Assembly: GCF_006345805.1 (NCBI RefSeq)
Contig: NC_043013.1
Coordinates: forward strand, 52,886,001 to 52,950,000
From: Octopus sinensis
Lineage: Eukaryota
Length of the DNA: 64,000 nt
Reading direction: 5' to 3'
This document shows positions 1-12,910 of the stretch, piece by piece. A program made the position numbers and the translations under genes. How positions within the stretch are numbered: the stretch's first letter is position 1; every line of letters starts with the position of its first letter. A model generated the notes under the pieces. It made no database searches and was not told where the DNA came from. It worked only from the letters and a program-made list of their open reading frames with translations.

Positions 1-867
1 CTCTATATAGAGTGAACATTCCACACTGTGTTTTCAGAAATGAAGCCACAAATAAAATGTAGAACATATACTAATATACTCACTAAAAAATGAAAATCGT
101 CGTGTTGGGGCACGAAACAAAAAGGGAGTGTTTGGAATTAGAACAGGATATACATATTACCCCTCCATTAGCCATTACGTTGTTCGTTTCCTTTTCTCCG
201 TAAATTGATTGGTGGCTTGAGGATAAACTTCCGTATTAAAACATTATCATAATTTCATGTTACTTGCCACAAAATGTCAGCGCTCGCATAAGACCAACAA
301 TGATTGTTAGTTTTTTAAAGAAAGATCTTTTATCGAAGTTGTTAGAATGTGCTAGACATTGATTATACTTAGATAGGCATTACTTCAAGTTTATCCTGCA
401 TGACATGAATGGTATTATAGTGGTGTTTAAGTTTATTATGCCGTATTCTATCGAGTAAACTGAAGAACTTTGAAAGCCACAATAACACAGTTACAGAGTT
501 TCGTTGTACAACTGGAGCATAATAGAAAAAGAAAATTAGAGAAATGCATTATATTGAGAACAGATTGTCATGGTCTTCAGCTCTCTTCAAATAGAAAGAT
601 TGCTTCGAATAAACCCGAGGAAACGGATTCCAAAAGCAGACATTTTGAACGCAGAATAGAACAAGAAATAAATAAATAGACCGATAAAAAAAAAGCATAA
701 CAGTAAAGTCTTATGTTTCTCTTTTTCGTTTTTGTATTTTCTTTCAAGATTCCAGATGTGAAAGCGTATCTTTGTTTGCATTTTCTTGTTTCTCCGAAGT
801 GTAGAATCCGTTTTGGGGTTCTTGCCCTCGTCATAAGTGTGGCAATTTGACAAACATGCGGCGGAGC

Positions 868-904
<37 letters not shown>

Positions 905-1885
905 ACTGATCGGAGCCAATTGGACAAACCAACCAATAATGAACGTATTATGAATAATGGAAACAGCTAGTCAAATTTACCGCAATAAAGAAATCTGGAA
1001 AGACCATTATGTATCCCCTTGCCTTTTATATCCCTTTGTGCAAATGATAATATGACTCGGAACGCAACCATCAATTTATAAATATAGAACGGTAATGAAT
1101 TAAACCCACGAGCCCTGCCACATGGATGTGTTGAGTTCTTTACTAATCTAAACAATATTTTTTATCGGATGTAATAACAGAGACCTTATAAAATATTTTG
1201 ATGATCAGCCGCTAATGACTCTGTGTGTGTGTGTGTGTGTGTGTGCATATATATGTATACAAACAAACATGAATACGTAAGTGAATGTGTGTGTGTGTTG
1301 AAAATTGCTATATCGAATGAGATTGCATAACGGCTAAACAATGCTTGGAACTCCATGCTAATCCATGTTATATCCAAATTCTGTTCAATATCTATTTTCT
1401 GTTAGCAGTACACACATTTGAATAATTTACAGACCGCCTATCCGAGATCACAGTAAATCAGAATATTTTTACAATAAGACCATAGGGTTCATGATATTTA
1501 CTGCTTCACTAACGCAAACATGTTGTGCAGAGATCATTACGCAGACGATTCTCTAATTAATTGGGACACTAAATGAAGAAAATAGTAAGTTACACAACAT
1601 TGATATGAAGCAACCATAATGTATGTCATACACGGAACACGTGTAACGTTTATGTAGCTTATAATGTTAAAGTATATACTTAAACCAAATTTCATGCTTC
1701 AATCTGTATATACATATATACACACTCGTATGTGTATATATGTATATATATGTGTGTTTCCGTGTGTGCGTGTGTGTGTTTGTGTGTGTATGTGTGTGTA
1801 TGTGTGTGTGTGTTCGCACGCGTGTGTGTTATGTATGTATATATACACGTGAGTAACTGTACGTAGAAAATTGTTCATATATATA

Positions 1886-1919
<34 letters not shown>

Positions 1920-1920
1920 C

Positions 1921-2070
1921 CAGAGTAAACACATAAACGTGAAACAAGGTAGATAAGGAGTAGTCAAATACTAGGTGTAGAGTAATATGCTTTATTTAAA
2001 AGCAGCAGAAATTCAACAAAACCTGTTACTCTGAGTTTCACGCTCCCGTTCGTCGGACAGTTTTGTTATG
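1921..2070 (-). mobile_element. Penelope-like terminal-repeat fragment abutting (TA)n
   Basis: Non-repetitive module ending in the (TA)n tract near 1920 and carrying a hammerhead motif, the typical arrangement of PLE pseudo-LTR ends. Confidence 0.5.
2017..2065 (-). ncRNA. Minimal type-I hammerhead ribozyme motif (U4C core variant)
   Basis: Minus strand reads CAAAACTGT-CCGACGA-ACG GGAG CGT-GAAAC-TCAGA-GTA^ACAGGTTTTG. Stems I and II pair, loop III is near-palindromic (ACTC-A-GAGT), triplet is GUA. Confidence 0.7.
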
Positions 2071-2641
2071 TATATATGAAGGTATCATTTCCATCCCATA
2101 TCTCTATTTTAAACTCTCGTATATAACTTAATAATGTATATTCGTTCACATTACGGAATTTAAATTGAGTCACTTTATGGCTAATACGTGGGCAGTAACG
2201 TCTATACAAACTCATACATACATATGCGTATGAACATATACAAACTTACAGTTACACTACAAACAAAACATTTCTAATGGTGGACCTGATATAATTATCG
2301 ACATTTTCATGTGAAGCCACGTGTTAAAATAAAATTGGAAACCCAGCGGCTGCAAACTACCCACTACTCAAATACTCCCCAATTTGCAGAAAGGTAGACG
2401 AACAGAAAAGGAAGGAGAGGAGAGGCAGATGGACAGGATATGTGAACTACATATAAAGATCGAAGGACTTAAATATCGATACATTGAGTGGTAGATACTA
2501 AGCTACATAAATAGATAATAAAGAGAGCAATGGAGAGGAAAATATTATACACACATACACACACGTATAGATATATATAGACATACGTATATGTTTATAT
2601 AGAGGTAGTAATGCTGATATGCAGAATCGAGGTAGACACAC

Positions 2642-2688
<47 letters not shown>

Positions 2689-2860
2689 TACACACTTGTA
2701 GAGGGGCTATATTAAAAAAGATGTTATATACGTATGCGTGCGTGTGCGTTACTATGTGTATGCTGCATATAGGTATATGAATGACAATATATAAATACAT
2801 ACATACATACATATATACGTCTTATATACATACACACATACATACATACATAAATACCTA

Positions 2861-2891
<31 letters not shown>

Positions 2892-4763
2892 CTATATATA
2901 TATCTATATATATATATCACGTGTGTGTGTGTGTGAGTATACATATATATACATATATAATGAATCACAGACATACATGTGTATTTACATACATACCTGA
3001 AACACGCGAATACACCAGAACCGAAGTACTCCAAAAAATTATAAATATTTCTCTATGTACACCTACAAAATTGATTTTGTATTTATTATTTTATAAAGTG
3101 ACCGATTTCCTAAAACCTTAATTGAAAATATTTCGAAATATTAAAGAACACAAGAACACATTGATAAAAATCTTTTATATGAGATGTATGATTAAAACAT
3201 TTTTCTCTCTGCTTTCTAAGACTTAATATTTAATATATACAACTATGAATACACACAAACACACACACACCGAGACCCCCCTCACACACACACAAACACA
3301 TACGCACGCACAAACATATGCATATACACGCATAAGCATATGCACGCACACACATATATGTATACATACATACGTTTTAATGGAATTATGTGTAGATGTG
3401 TGGATGTATATATGCGTGTTTGTGAGTGAGTGAGTGTGTGTATGTATATTTCTGTGTGTTTGTGTGTGTATGTGTGTGTGTCTGCACGGATATATTTATA
3501 GTGGCAATATTTAATGTTTTTTTTTTTTGCCTGCATCGGTTTCGTATGAGAGGAAACAAGTCAGATATAATATTTGAAAATAGTTTGCCAAAATATTGAT
3601 TGTATAATATATTATTTAAATCTATAAACTATGCAACAAAAAAGAAACATCTATAGACACATACGTCTATATAGACTCGTAATATATATATATATAATAT
3701 AATATATATATTATAAATATATATATAATATATTATATATATATATGTATATATATATATATTTATATGTATGCATATGTGTGTGTATGTAATGCGTATA
3801 TGTATGTATGTTTTACGTATGTACATATTTAAAGCACGGAAGCGAAATGAAGTATAAAGATCGTTATGTGGTCGGGTCGGTTATTTCTGGTGTTATAAAT
3901 ATAATATATTTGTATTTGACTGGAAGAATCTTGAAGATTTTCATTGGAATTGTAAAAAGAATAGGTAAATAAACAAATAATAATAATAATAACAGATGAT
4001 GAAAAATTAATAAATAAATATATCAATAGGTAAGCAAATATTTTCGGTAAGAAATAATTTGCAAAACGAGAAAACTAGAGAAATTATAAAAATATGGCAG
4101 AATAAAATGTCTGTTTATTTGAAGATACATACTCAGATTCTTACACCCAGGCACACGGGCATACACACTCACACACACACACGAGTGCACACACAAACAC
4201 AGAGACACACATAAACTTACATGTACATATTTATATGCACATATGTATGTGTATATACGTATGTACATACATATATGCATAAATATACAAGTAGAGATGC
4301 ACATGTATATATGTATGTAGGTATATATGTATATATATATATATTCATATATATACATATATATATATATATATGTATATATATATCAATATATACATAT
4401 CATATATATATATATACATATACATATTTAAACTCACACACACACACATCTACACACACTCTCACACACGAACACAGGAACATATTGTCGGATGAGAATG
4501 AAAGAAGGTGAGAAAGAGAGGTTCGAATTATTTTGAAACACATATTCGTGCACCCAGACATATATATATATATAATATATATGTATGTGTGTGTGTAAGT
4601 GCGTATAGACATATATATAGATATGCTTGTGTATGCACACACACATACACACACACATATATATATATGTACATATGTATATATTTGTATACATGTGTAT
4701 AGATATATACATATATATATTTATTATATATGGGATATATATATGTATATATATATATGTATG

Positions 4764-4814
<51 letters not shown>

Positions 4815-5207
4815 ATATATAACGAGAGAGCGAGCGGGGGAGAGACGGTAGCAATAATAAACAAGTGAACAGGTTTAAATGAATGGCATACTGCCGTTAG
4901 CTCTCTAATGAAATCTCTAATATAGAGAAACCCATAGTCAACAACATATGGCACAGCGGAACGCCGTAAAACGATTAGGTAGTTTCGTTGCACGAGTCAG
5001 TGGTGTTCACGTCTCGCTGCTTAGCTTTCGTCTCAGTAGAGCTAACAGAATTAAATTTGATACGAACTCGCTTATCTTTAATATGAAGCCACCCATCTTT
5101 TTAAATAACACTCTGCAACACGATTTTTGTCCTAGAGAAGCAACTGCTATTTTCTAGAAATTATTAAAAATGTTTAATATTTCCTTCGAAACTTTGCTTA
5201 TGCTACA

Positions 5208-5360
5208 TTCATTCAAACGACCGAGGAATTCCTCTCAACACATGGCTGTTATGCACTTGCACAACTCATGTTCATCATCAGGTATGCAAATATTGTCAGC
5301 CACTAAGGAAAATTCTCAAGTGTTTTGCATAAAATCTGTGTTATTGAGCAGGATATTTGC
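5208..5360 (-). repeat. Fragment of orphan family C (opposite orientation)
   Basis: Matches the reverse complement of 6700-6870 (ctctcaacacatggct...cagccactaagg...aaatctgtg..attgagcag.atatttgc). Confidence 0.75.
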
Positions 5361-5556
5361 GATAACGATATTTCTGCTTCAGCGAAACAGCGCTAAATCT
5401 GTCAGAAATGCAATGTAAAATAGTTGAGTTTCAAAACATGGGTGTCAACCTCACAAAAGCAAATTTGAAGGGAATAGTAGTGATTTTCTCGATTTTTAGA
5501 GAGAAACAAATAATAAATAACACTAAAGAAAATAAAAATAACAAAGATTTTAAATA

Positions 5557-6184
5557 GGAGCAGGAGTGGATGTTTGGTAAAAAGCTTGCTTCCCAATCAC
5601 ATGGTTCTGAGTTTAGTCCTATTGAGTGGCACCTTGGGCAAGTGTCTTCTAATATTGCCTCGGGCCGACCAAAGACTTGTGAGTGGATTTGTAGAACGGA
5701 ACTGAATGATGCCCGTCGTATACATGCATACATACATACATACATACCATACATACCTATACATATATATATATATATATATATATAATATAATATAATA
5801 TATATATATTATATAAATAATAATAATAAAGGGTAAAATTATTAATTAAGAAGTAATCAAAAATGTCACCAAGTAGAATTCGGTATGAAAAACGGACCAT
5901 TTCACGGTAAAGTTAAGTAATATTTAATAAAAGCGTTCAGCAAAGATTTGCTTCACCACACACACCGAAGTTTAGAAAGAGCAGCCAAAAATCCTAGCTA
6001 TTTCTTCAACATATATATATATATATAAATATGTATTTGTATGTTTTTTTTGTACGCCCACCATCTCATTAAGACCCCTAAGCTAAAAAGAATAAGAATA
6101 AGTCCTAAGATCGATTTGTTCGACTAAAGGTGGTGCTCAATTATGGCCACAATTAAATGACTGAAACAAATAAAAGAGTAAAGA
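5557..6184 (+). mobile_element. tRNA-derived SINE family A, interrupted in its internal microsatellite
   Basis: Head 5557-5718 (A box tggtaa, B box variant, gggcaagtgtcttc core) and degraded tail about 6050-6184 (gatttgttcgactaaagg...gactgaaacaaataaaagag). Confidence 0.8.
5820..6010. repeat. Microsatellite-embedded module (probable PLE end fragment)
   Basis: Flanked by (TA)n on both sides; shares gttcagcaaa(a)gatttgc..accaca..accgaagttta with 48170-48210. Confidence 0.45.
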
Positions 6185-6575
6185 AGTAAATGGTGTAAAC
6201 ATCATACCATTAATTTTTCAAAAGACTTTTGTAGAAACTATGAGAAATGTGACCCACATCCGGTAGATCTCATCAACACAATGAATTTCTTTACAGAAGG
6301 TTTTATGGTTTCTGTTTGTCTATTTTAGACTTCCTTTGTTGAGCGGAAATTACTTAAGTAAATACTTCGAGCACAAAAGAGCCTTGTAGCACCTGATCTG
6401 TTCATTTTTGTTTTTACTAGCCAAATATATGATCCAAACTTGTGTAGAGGTCCTAAAAAGTTAATTCCGCTTCACTCGTCTCAACAACTCTCATATATAT
6501 GATATATAGCCACATACAAAACTACTCACCTCCCTACCTACATATATGTATATATATAAATATATGTGTATATAT

Positions 6576-7160
6576 ATAAATGCCCTGATGCAGTACCATA
6601 AATGCCCTGATGGAGTACCAGGCAGTGGCTCTCATGGCTTCTGATCTTAACTGATTGGAAGTGTTATCATGTACATTGTTTTCTCTTGGTATAAAAGATG
6701 GGCTACAGCAAATATTCTGCTCAATACCACAGATTTGCTTGTCAGTTGTTTGACATTAACCAGTTGAGCATGTCCCTTAGTGGCTGAAGATATATGCATC
6801 TCTGATCGCGAGCAGAAGTAGTGGGGGAGCATCATAGCCATGTGTTGAGAGGGATTCTTTGGGGTTTGAATAATTCACCTCTGGAACATGGGTGGTGTCT
6901 TTCAACATCCTTAACAACCCTTATTCAGGGACCTTTTGAGCGGGATGGGCTACTCAACCTGAAGAAAATTCTAACTGGGGTCCCACCTGCAAGGTCATGT
7001 GCTGTTTATCGTGATATGAGATCACCATGTCCGCGCACATATGGTTGGTATGCATGTGCCTGGGTGTACCCTTATCAGACGCGTAGTCATGATGGGTATA
7101 CTGGGCTTCATATATTTGGTACCCCATTAACTTTGATGGTATGAACTGCTCTCTCACTCA
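6576..7160 (+). mobile_element. Orphan non-coding interspersed element, family C (orientation arbitrary)
   Basis: Colinear with 42351-42907 over its full length; ends in (TAA)n; 22-bp tandem duplication at the left end (6576-6597 / 6598-6619). Confidence 0.85.
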
Positions 7161-7248
7161 ATAATAATAATAATAATAGTAATAATAAGAGTAATAATAA
7201 AATAACAACAAAAGAATGAGACCTCGATATTATGTAAATAGAGGAATT

Positions 7249-7284
<36 letters not shown>

Positions 7285-7316
7285 CATATATATATATTAT
7301 ATATATAATATATATA

Positions 7317-7540
7317 TATATAGTATAGGATAATCAGTAAATTGTCATACTATAAGTCAGAGTTTCAAGCGCCGGAGCTAAGGACTTCGAGGCATTTTCA
7401 TCGGCGATCTTGACGATAGCCGCTATGAAAAAAAAGAAAAAAAAAACAGTCGATGAAAATGCCTCGGTGCTTTTAGTTCCGGCATTTGAAACTCTGAGTT
7501 CTATTATGACAATTTACTGGTTATCCTATACTATACTATA
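7317..7540. mobile_element. Fold-back / MITE-like element inside (TA)n
   Basis: Imperfect inverted arms of about 80 bp (7323-7405 and 7449-7531) with a short A-rich spacer, flanked by TA repeats. Confidence 0.75.
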
Positions 7541-7644
7541 CTATATATATATATATTTGTAGAAGCTCTTCTACAAATAAATTAATTTACTCTGCTATGT
7601 ATTGAGTACCTTATTTACTTTGGTTAACCCCGACTCAACCGGGA

Positions 7645-7701
<57 letters not shown>

Positions 7702-7736
7702 ATATTATATGTATATATATGTATATATATATATAT

Positions 7737-7785
<49 letters not shown>

Positions 7786-7823
7786 ATATATACATATATA
7801 TGTATGTATATATATGTATAATA

Positions 7824-7855
<32 letters not shown>

Positions 7856-8173
7856 CATATATTTAAAAAACAAACAAAATAGAATGAAAAACTACAGAAG
7901 ATTTGTATTGTATGTTTTAAAGAATATATTAAATCATCATGTTAGGAAAATTATATAAAATTATATAGTGGCATTGTTTTGGGAGAAATAACTGGTTTTA
8001 CATTTTCTTTTGAAATTTCTAAGATTTCTTTACCGATATTGCTTCATCTATTCGTTATGGTGTGATGTAGAACAGTTCGAAACAGCGGGAGGTCATCATG
8101 GATATCTTCCGTATTATATATATATATATATATACACACTCAGACACGCATATACACACACACACGTAAATAC

Positions 8174-8211
<38 letters not shown>

Positions 8212-8289
8212 ACACACAAACACACCACACACACAAACACACACACACACACCTTATATATATATATAGACACATATATGTGTATTGTG

Positions 8290-8340
<51 letters not shown>

Positions 8341-8396
8341 TTATATATATATTTATATATATGTTATAAATATATATATATATATATATATAGATT

Positions 8397-8427
<31 letters not shown>

Positions 8428-8806
8428 GTATATAAGGAGTGCGTGTTAATTCATGCACATGCGCGCAACAGATAAGGGTCTGTGCATGCATCAAACAATT
8501 CAGGTAAACACAATCCCCAAGAGATGCCTTGAATCAGAGACAAGAGCTTTGTTACATTGTTATTGACAAGTTCGAATATTGGAAAGGTAAAAATATCTTA
8601 ACATGAATCCCAGAGGAATTATAATTACATATATACATGACACATACGTCCATATATACATACATACATACTACATACATACATACATACATACATACAT
8701 ACATGCATGCATGCATATATCACCACGTGTGTCTACACAGAGGAAAACACTGCTTAAAATGTAAGACTCGAATGTGACGTCATGTCTCGAAAACCTTTGA
8801 TATAAT

Positions 8807-9260
8807 CGCAGGCGTGGCTGTGAGGTAAAAATTTTGATGGTCAACGACATGATACGGAGTTCAGTCTCACTTCACGGCACCTTCTACAATAGGTTTGTTT
8901 GATTAAAGCCTTATGAGTGGATTCGGTAAACGAAAACTGAAAGAAGCCGGTTGTGTATACATATATATCTGTGTGTGTGTTTGTGTGCGTGTGTTTGTGT
9001 GCGTGCGTGCGCGTATGTGTGTGTCAGTGTGTGTCTATCTTTGTCATTGTGTCTGTGTTGTTTGTTCTCCAATACCGCTTGATGGTCGGTGTTGGTGGGC
9101 TTACGTTTCCGTGAGGTAATGGTTCGGCTAAATAGAACGATAAAATTGCCAGGCTAGAGAGAAAATTCGTAAAACGGTCAATTCATTCGATTGAAATTTC
9201 TTCAAAGTGGTGCCCCAGCATGGCCGTAGCAGAATGACTGAAGCAACTAAAGAATAAAGA
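8807..9260 (+). mobile_element. SINE family A, old full-length copy
   Basis: Diverged head (cgcaggcgtggctgtgaggtaa...gaaaactgaaagaagcc), internal (TG)n, tail (ggtgccccagcatggccg...gactgaagc). Confidence 0.8.
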
Positions 9261-10595
9261 TACGTTTACTCTGCCTGCAACGATGTGGAACCAGAACATA
9301 GATACAAGAACAACAACAACAACAACCAGACTACAATATTCAATATATTTTTCTCTTCCTATACAACGTTGCTCTTTATTCCAGTAAGAACATTTCATTA
9401 AAATGAAATATTCACATTTCTAATAAAACACCAACAAAAGGAGTAAATCTTCACCTCACTTCCATTGCTACTTTATTGTATTAAAGTGAAAATCAATTGT
9501 ATTGAAGTTAAGATATTTCTAAGTTTATTGTTTTAACATTTGACTTTGAATGTCATTGCCTTTTTTTTTGTTTTTTTTTGTAATACTTCCATTGCAATCT
9601 ATTCTTTCGATTCCTGGACACGTCGTAGATGCCAACCAATTCTGATTTAATGGAGTAATCTTAATTACAATTCCACGATAAAATAAATTAGGTACTTATC
9701 AATCGAATATTTCTATTATCTCGTGACCTTTTCATTCAGCTTTCTCTACACGTTGTATATGCTTTCTCGAGGAGGACAGGTGTAGTCGAGTGTTATCAAA
9801 GTATTAATTAATTAATTATTCTATAAACTTCCATGGTTTGAAACTTCGATTATTTCTAGCTTCCAAGAGAAAAGCGAGAATGGATTAAAATTAGTGAAGT
9901 GTTTCACAATGAACGAAATCAATACATTTATATATAATAGCTATGTTTATATATAATATACATAATGATATATAACAATTAATATTTCGACACCCAAGGG
10001 TGATCACTTGCAACATGACGTAGATGTCAATAAATGGTGTGTCACTGATTTAGAATTGATTCCATCGTTTCTCTTCCAGGCATTTAAGCAGTGACTACTG
10101 GATGGTATGAAATTTCATAACTTTTGTTACAAGGCTGCTAGAAGTGGTTTAATGATGTGATTAACCCGAGTTTATTACAGGTATTCTATATATATATAGA
10201 ACGTGGCGTTTCAAATGAAAGGCTTCCTATTGCAACATTCAAACTCGGTAAACACTTTTCTGTAACTAAGGTAACAAAGGGAATAATCCGGCATTGTTCC
10301 GGATTAAATGTAGCTTTGTTATTCGACACCAGTGAATAAAACATAGGTACCTTCACAAGTAACGCTTTATAAATTGTAGAAGCTGCTGAGAATGATCTGT
10401 GTCTGATAAAGATACAAGAAGCGAAGTGATGTCCATTTATGAACCGTCTTTGATTATGTGTCTGCTCTGGACTGAAGGGGTTTAATGATAATATGAAATA
10501 GAACAACAATAATATTTATTTAAATGGGCGTTTAGAAATGTGGTGTTACAGCCCTATCTTAAGTATTTCCATAGCGTCACATCAGTTTTTATGAA

Positions 10596-11334
10596 AGAGC
10601 AGGTGATGCAGTAAATGCCGTTACTGTAAGTGCAGGTAAAGGAGTCGGTGGTGTGATAGGGACGATGGTGAGTGCCTGTGAGGAGGGTGGTGTTGGGGAT
10701 GTAGTGACAAGTACGGCAGCGTGGGCAGAAGCAGGGGCACGAGTCAGGCTGGAAGGTGGAGTTACGGAAGAAACTGTAGACCAGAAGGTCACGCAAGTTG
10801 TGGCCACATTTGAATGAGGGACGGAGTAGGTTGGGGAAGATTTGCGAGGTGGAGGGCTTGGACTGCAGTCGCTGGAAGGTTAGGAGAATGGTGCAATGGA
10901 GGGGAAGGGTGGGGGTAGTAAGTGCTGGAAACGGGAGACGAGAATCGGTGGGGTGAGTGCGGGCAGAAAGAACAGAGGCACGGTCCACGGAGCTTACTCT
11001 GACAAGGGCAGCGTGGGCAGTGGTGAGGGGATATCCACGAAGGATGGTGTGGCGAGCCTTAATTTGAGACTCAGTCTCAAAGTCATGGTTGTCACTGCAG
11101 AGCCTCCGCAGACGGAGAAATTAGGAATAGGGGATGGAGGACTTGGTGTGAGTGGGGTGGGAGGAGGAGAAGCTGAAGCATGAGCGTGATTCGGTGTGTT
11201 TGTAGTGGAATATAGTAATAGAAATGTCAAAAAAGGAGACGGATCAGTTAGAAATAGTGCAGGAGAATTCGACGGCAGGAAAGAAGGATTGGGGAAAAGA
11301 GAGGAAAGAGTCTAGTCGTTCGCGGGAGAGTGTG

Positions 11335-11336
<2 letters not shown>
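10596..11336 (-). pseudogene. Penelope-like retroelement relic: RT thumb to start of GIY-YIG endonuclease
   Basis: One frame reads SRERLDSFLSFPQSFFPAVEFSCTISN*SVSFFDI..FHYKHTESRSCFSFSSSHPTHTKSSIPYS*FLRLRRLCSD...RGYP...NLRDLLVYS...CPRCRTC...DSFTCTYSNGIYCITCS. These are hallmark PLE motifs. In-frame stops at 11244 and 11121. Confidence 0.88.
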
Positions 11337-11387
<51 letters not shown>

Positions 11388-11794
11388 GGCGTAGGAGTGG
11401 GTGTGTCGTAAGTAGCTTGCTAACCAACCACATGGTTCCGGGTTCAGTCCCACTGCGTGGCATCTTGGGCAAGTGTCTTCTGCTGTAGCCCCGGGCCGAC
11501 CAATGCCTTGTGAGTGGATTTGGTAGACGGAAACTGAAAGAAGCCTGTCGTATATATGTATATATATATATAAGTGTGTATATGTTTGTGTGTGTGTGTT
11601 TGTCCCCCTAGCATTGCTTGACAACGGATGCTAGTGTGTTTACGTCCCCGTCACTTAGCGGTTCGGCAAAAGAGACCGATAGAATAAGTACTGGGCTTAC
11701 AAAGAATAAGTTCCGGGGTCGATTTGCTCGACTAAAGGCGGTGCTCCAGCATGGCCGCAGTCAAATGACTGGAACAAGTAAAAGAGTTAAAGAG
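11388..11794 (+). mobile_element. SINE family A, full-length, low divergence
   Basis: ggcgtaggagtgg..ggttccgggttcagtcccactgcgtggc head, (TA)(TG) linker, tail ending gactggaacaagtaaaagag. Confidence 0.92.
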
Positions 11795-12176
11795 TATATA
11801 TGTGTGTATGTGTCTGTGTGTATGCATGTAAGATTCGAAGTCGCGATCCGGCTTCATACGTTAAGCCAATCATTGAGTTAGAGTAATTTGTGGTTTCGGA
11901 GTTAATTTAACTCTTATTTTAGCATAAACGATGCTGGCCAGCACACTCCGTCACTTTTGAGATCTCTATTAATTTTGCCTTCAGGTTCTAATTGCTAATA
12001 AGCCACCCTTTTTATTAGTTACATATCTATATATATTATATATATATATATATATACATACATAAATATATACGTATTACATATGTGTATATATATAATA
12101 TATATATATATATAATATATATATATAGATATATATATATAATATATATATATATTATATATATATATATTATATA

Positions 12177-12210
<34 letters not shown>

Positions 12211-12709
12211 CTGTGTGTGTATGTATGTTTGTATGTATGTATGTATGTTTGTATGTATGTATATATGTAAAAATTTAGATATAGATGAATATGGTACTTA
12301 AGTTGAGGCACCAGAATTGAGCACGGTATTATCCATACAATTTCAAAGTAGGTGATTAAAATCAAAATAAACAATAATGATATCCAGAGGTAATCCAGTG
12401 CGATCGTTTCATGCAACTCCATTTAATTTAACAATGCAATCATTACAGCAATTTAAAATGCAGAGCAATCTTCAACTGCACAAATACATAGAATTTAATT
12501 AAATTAGAACAGATGGACATTGTATAATTATACCTAAAATCTCCAAGAATTTAAGGAGATAGACATAGAACATGTTGTCCCAATCCCAGTTTAGAGTAAC
12601 TTCTAATATACCTCTGGATATCCTTGTTGCTTATTTCGATATGTATATATGTATATTGAAAGAGAGAGCAAGAGATAACTGTCTTGCTACCCGCGTGATA
12701 TACGGACAG

Positions 12710-12711
12710 AC

Positions 12712-12770
<59 letters not shown>

Positions 12771-12778
12771 GAAGCTGG

Positions 12779-12850
<72 letters not shown>

Positions 12851-12871
12851 CATATAGATAGATAGATAGAT

Positions 12872-12908
<37 letters not shown>

Positions 12909-12910
12909 CA
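12710..12910 (+). repeat. (GATA)n microsatellite
   Basis: Direct read; further arrays at about 31280-31380 and 46540-46850 on the opposite strand. Confidence 0.95.

Noticed and set aside
577-936. LHFGETRKCKQRY resembling a GIY-YIG YIGET motif
   Set aside because: A single weak motif with no flanking PLE homology.
4480-4550. cggatga...tgaaac hammerhead-like order
   Set aside because: Core mutated and neither stem I nor stem II pairs convincingly.
8070-8110. gtgatgt-gaacagttc-gaaac motif
   Set aside because: Core degenerate, 1-nt loop and no cleavage triplet with a matching stem I.
12390-12460. Possible decayed hammerhead on the minus strand (gaaac-gatc-gc)
   Set aside because: Needs several edits to restore the core; not supportable without a family consensus.
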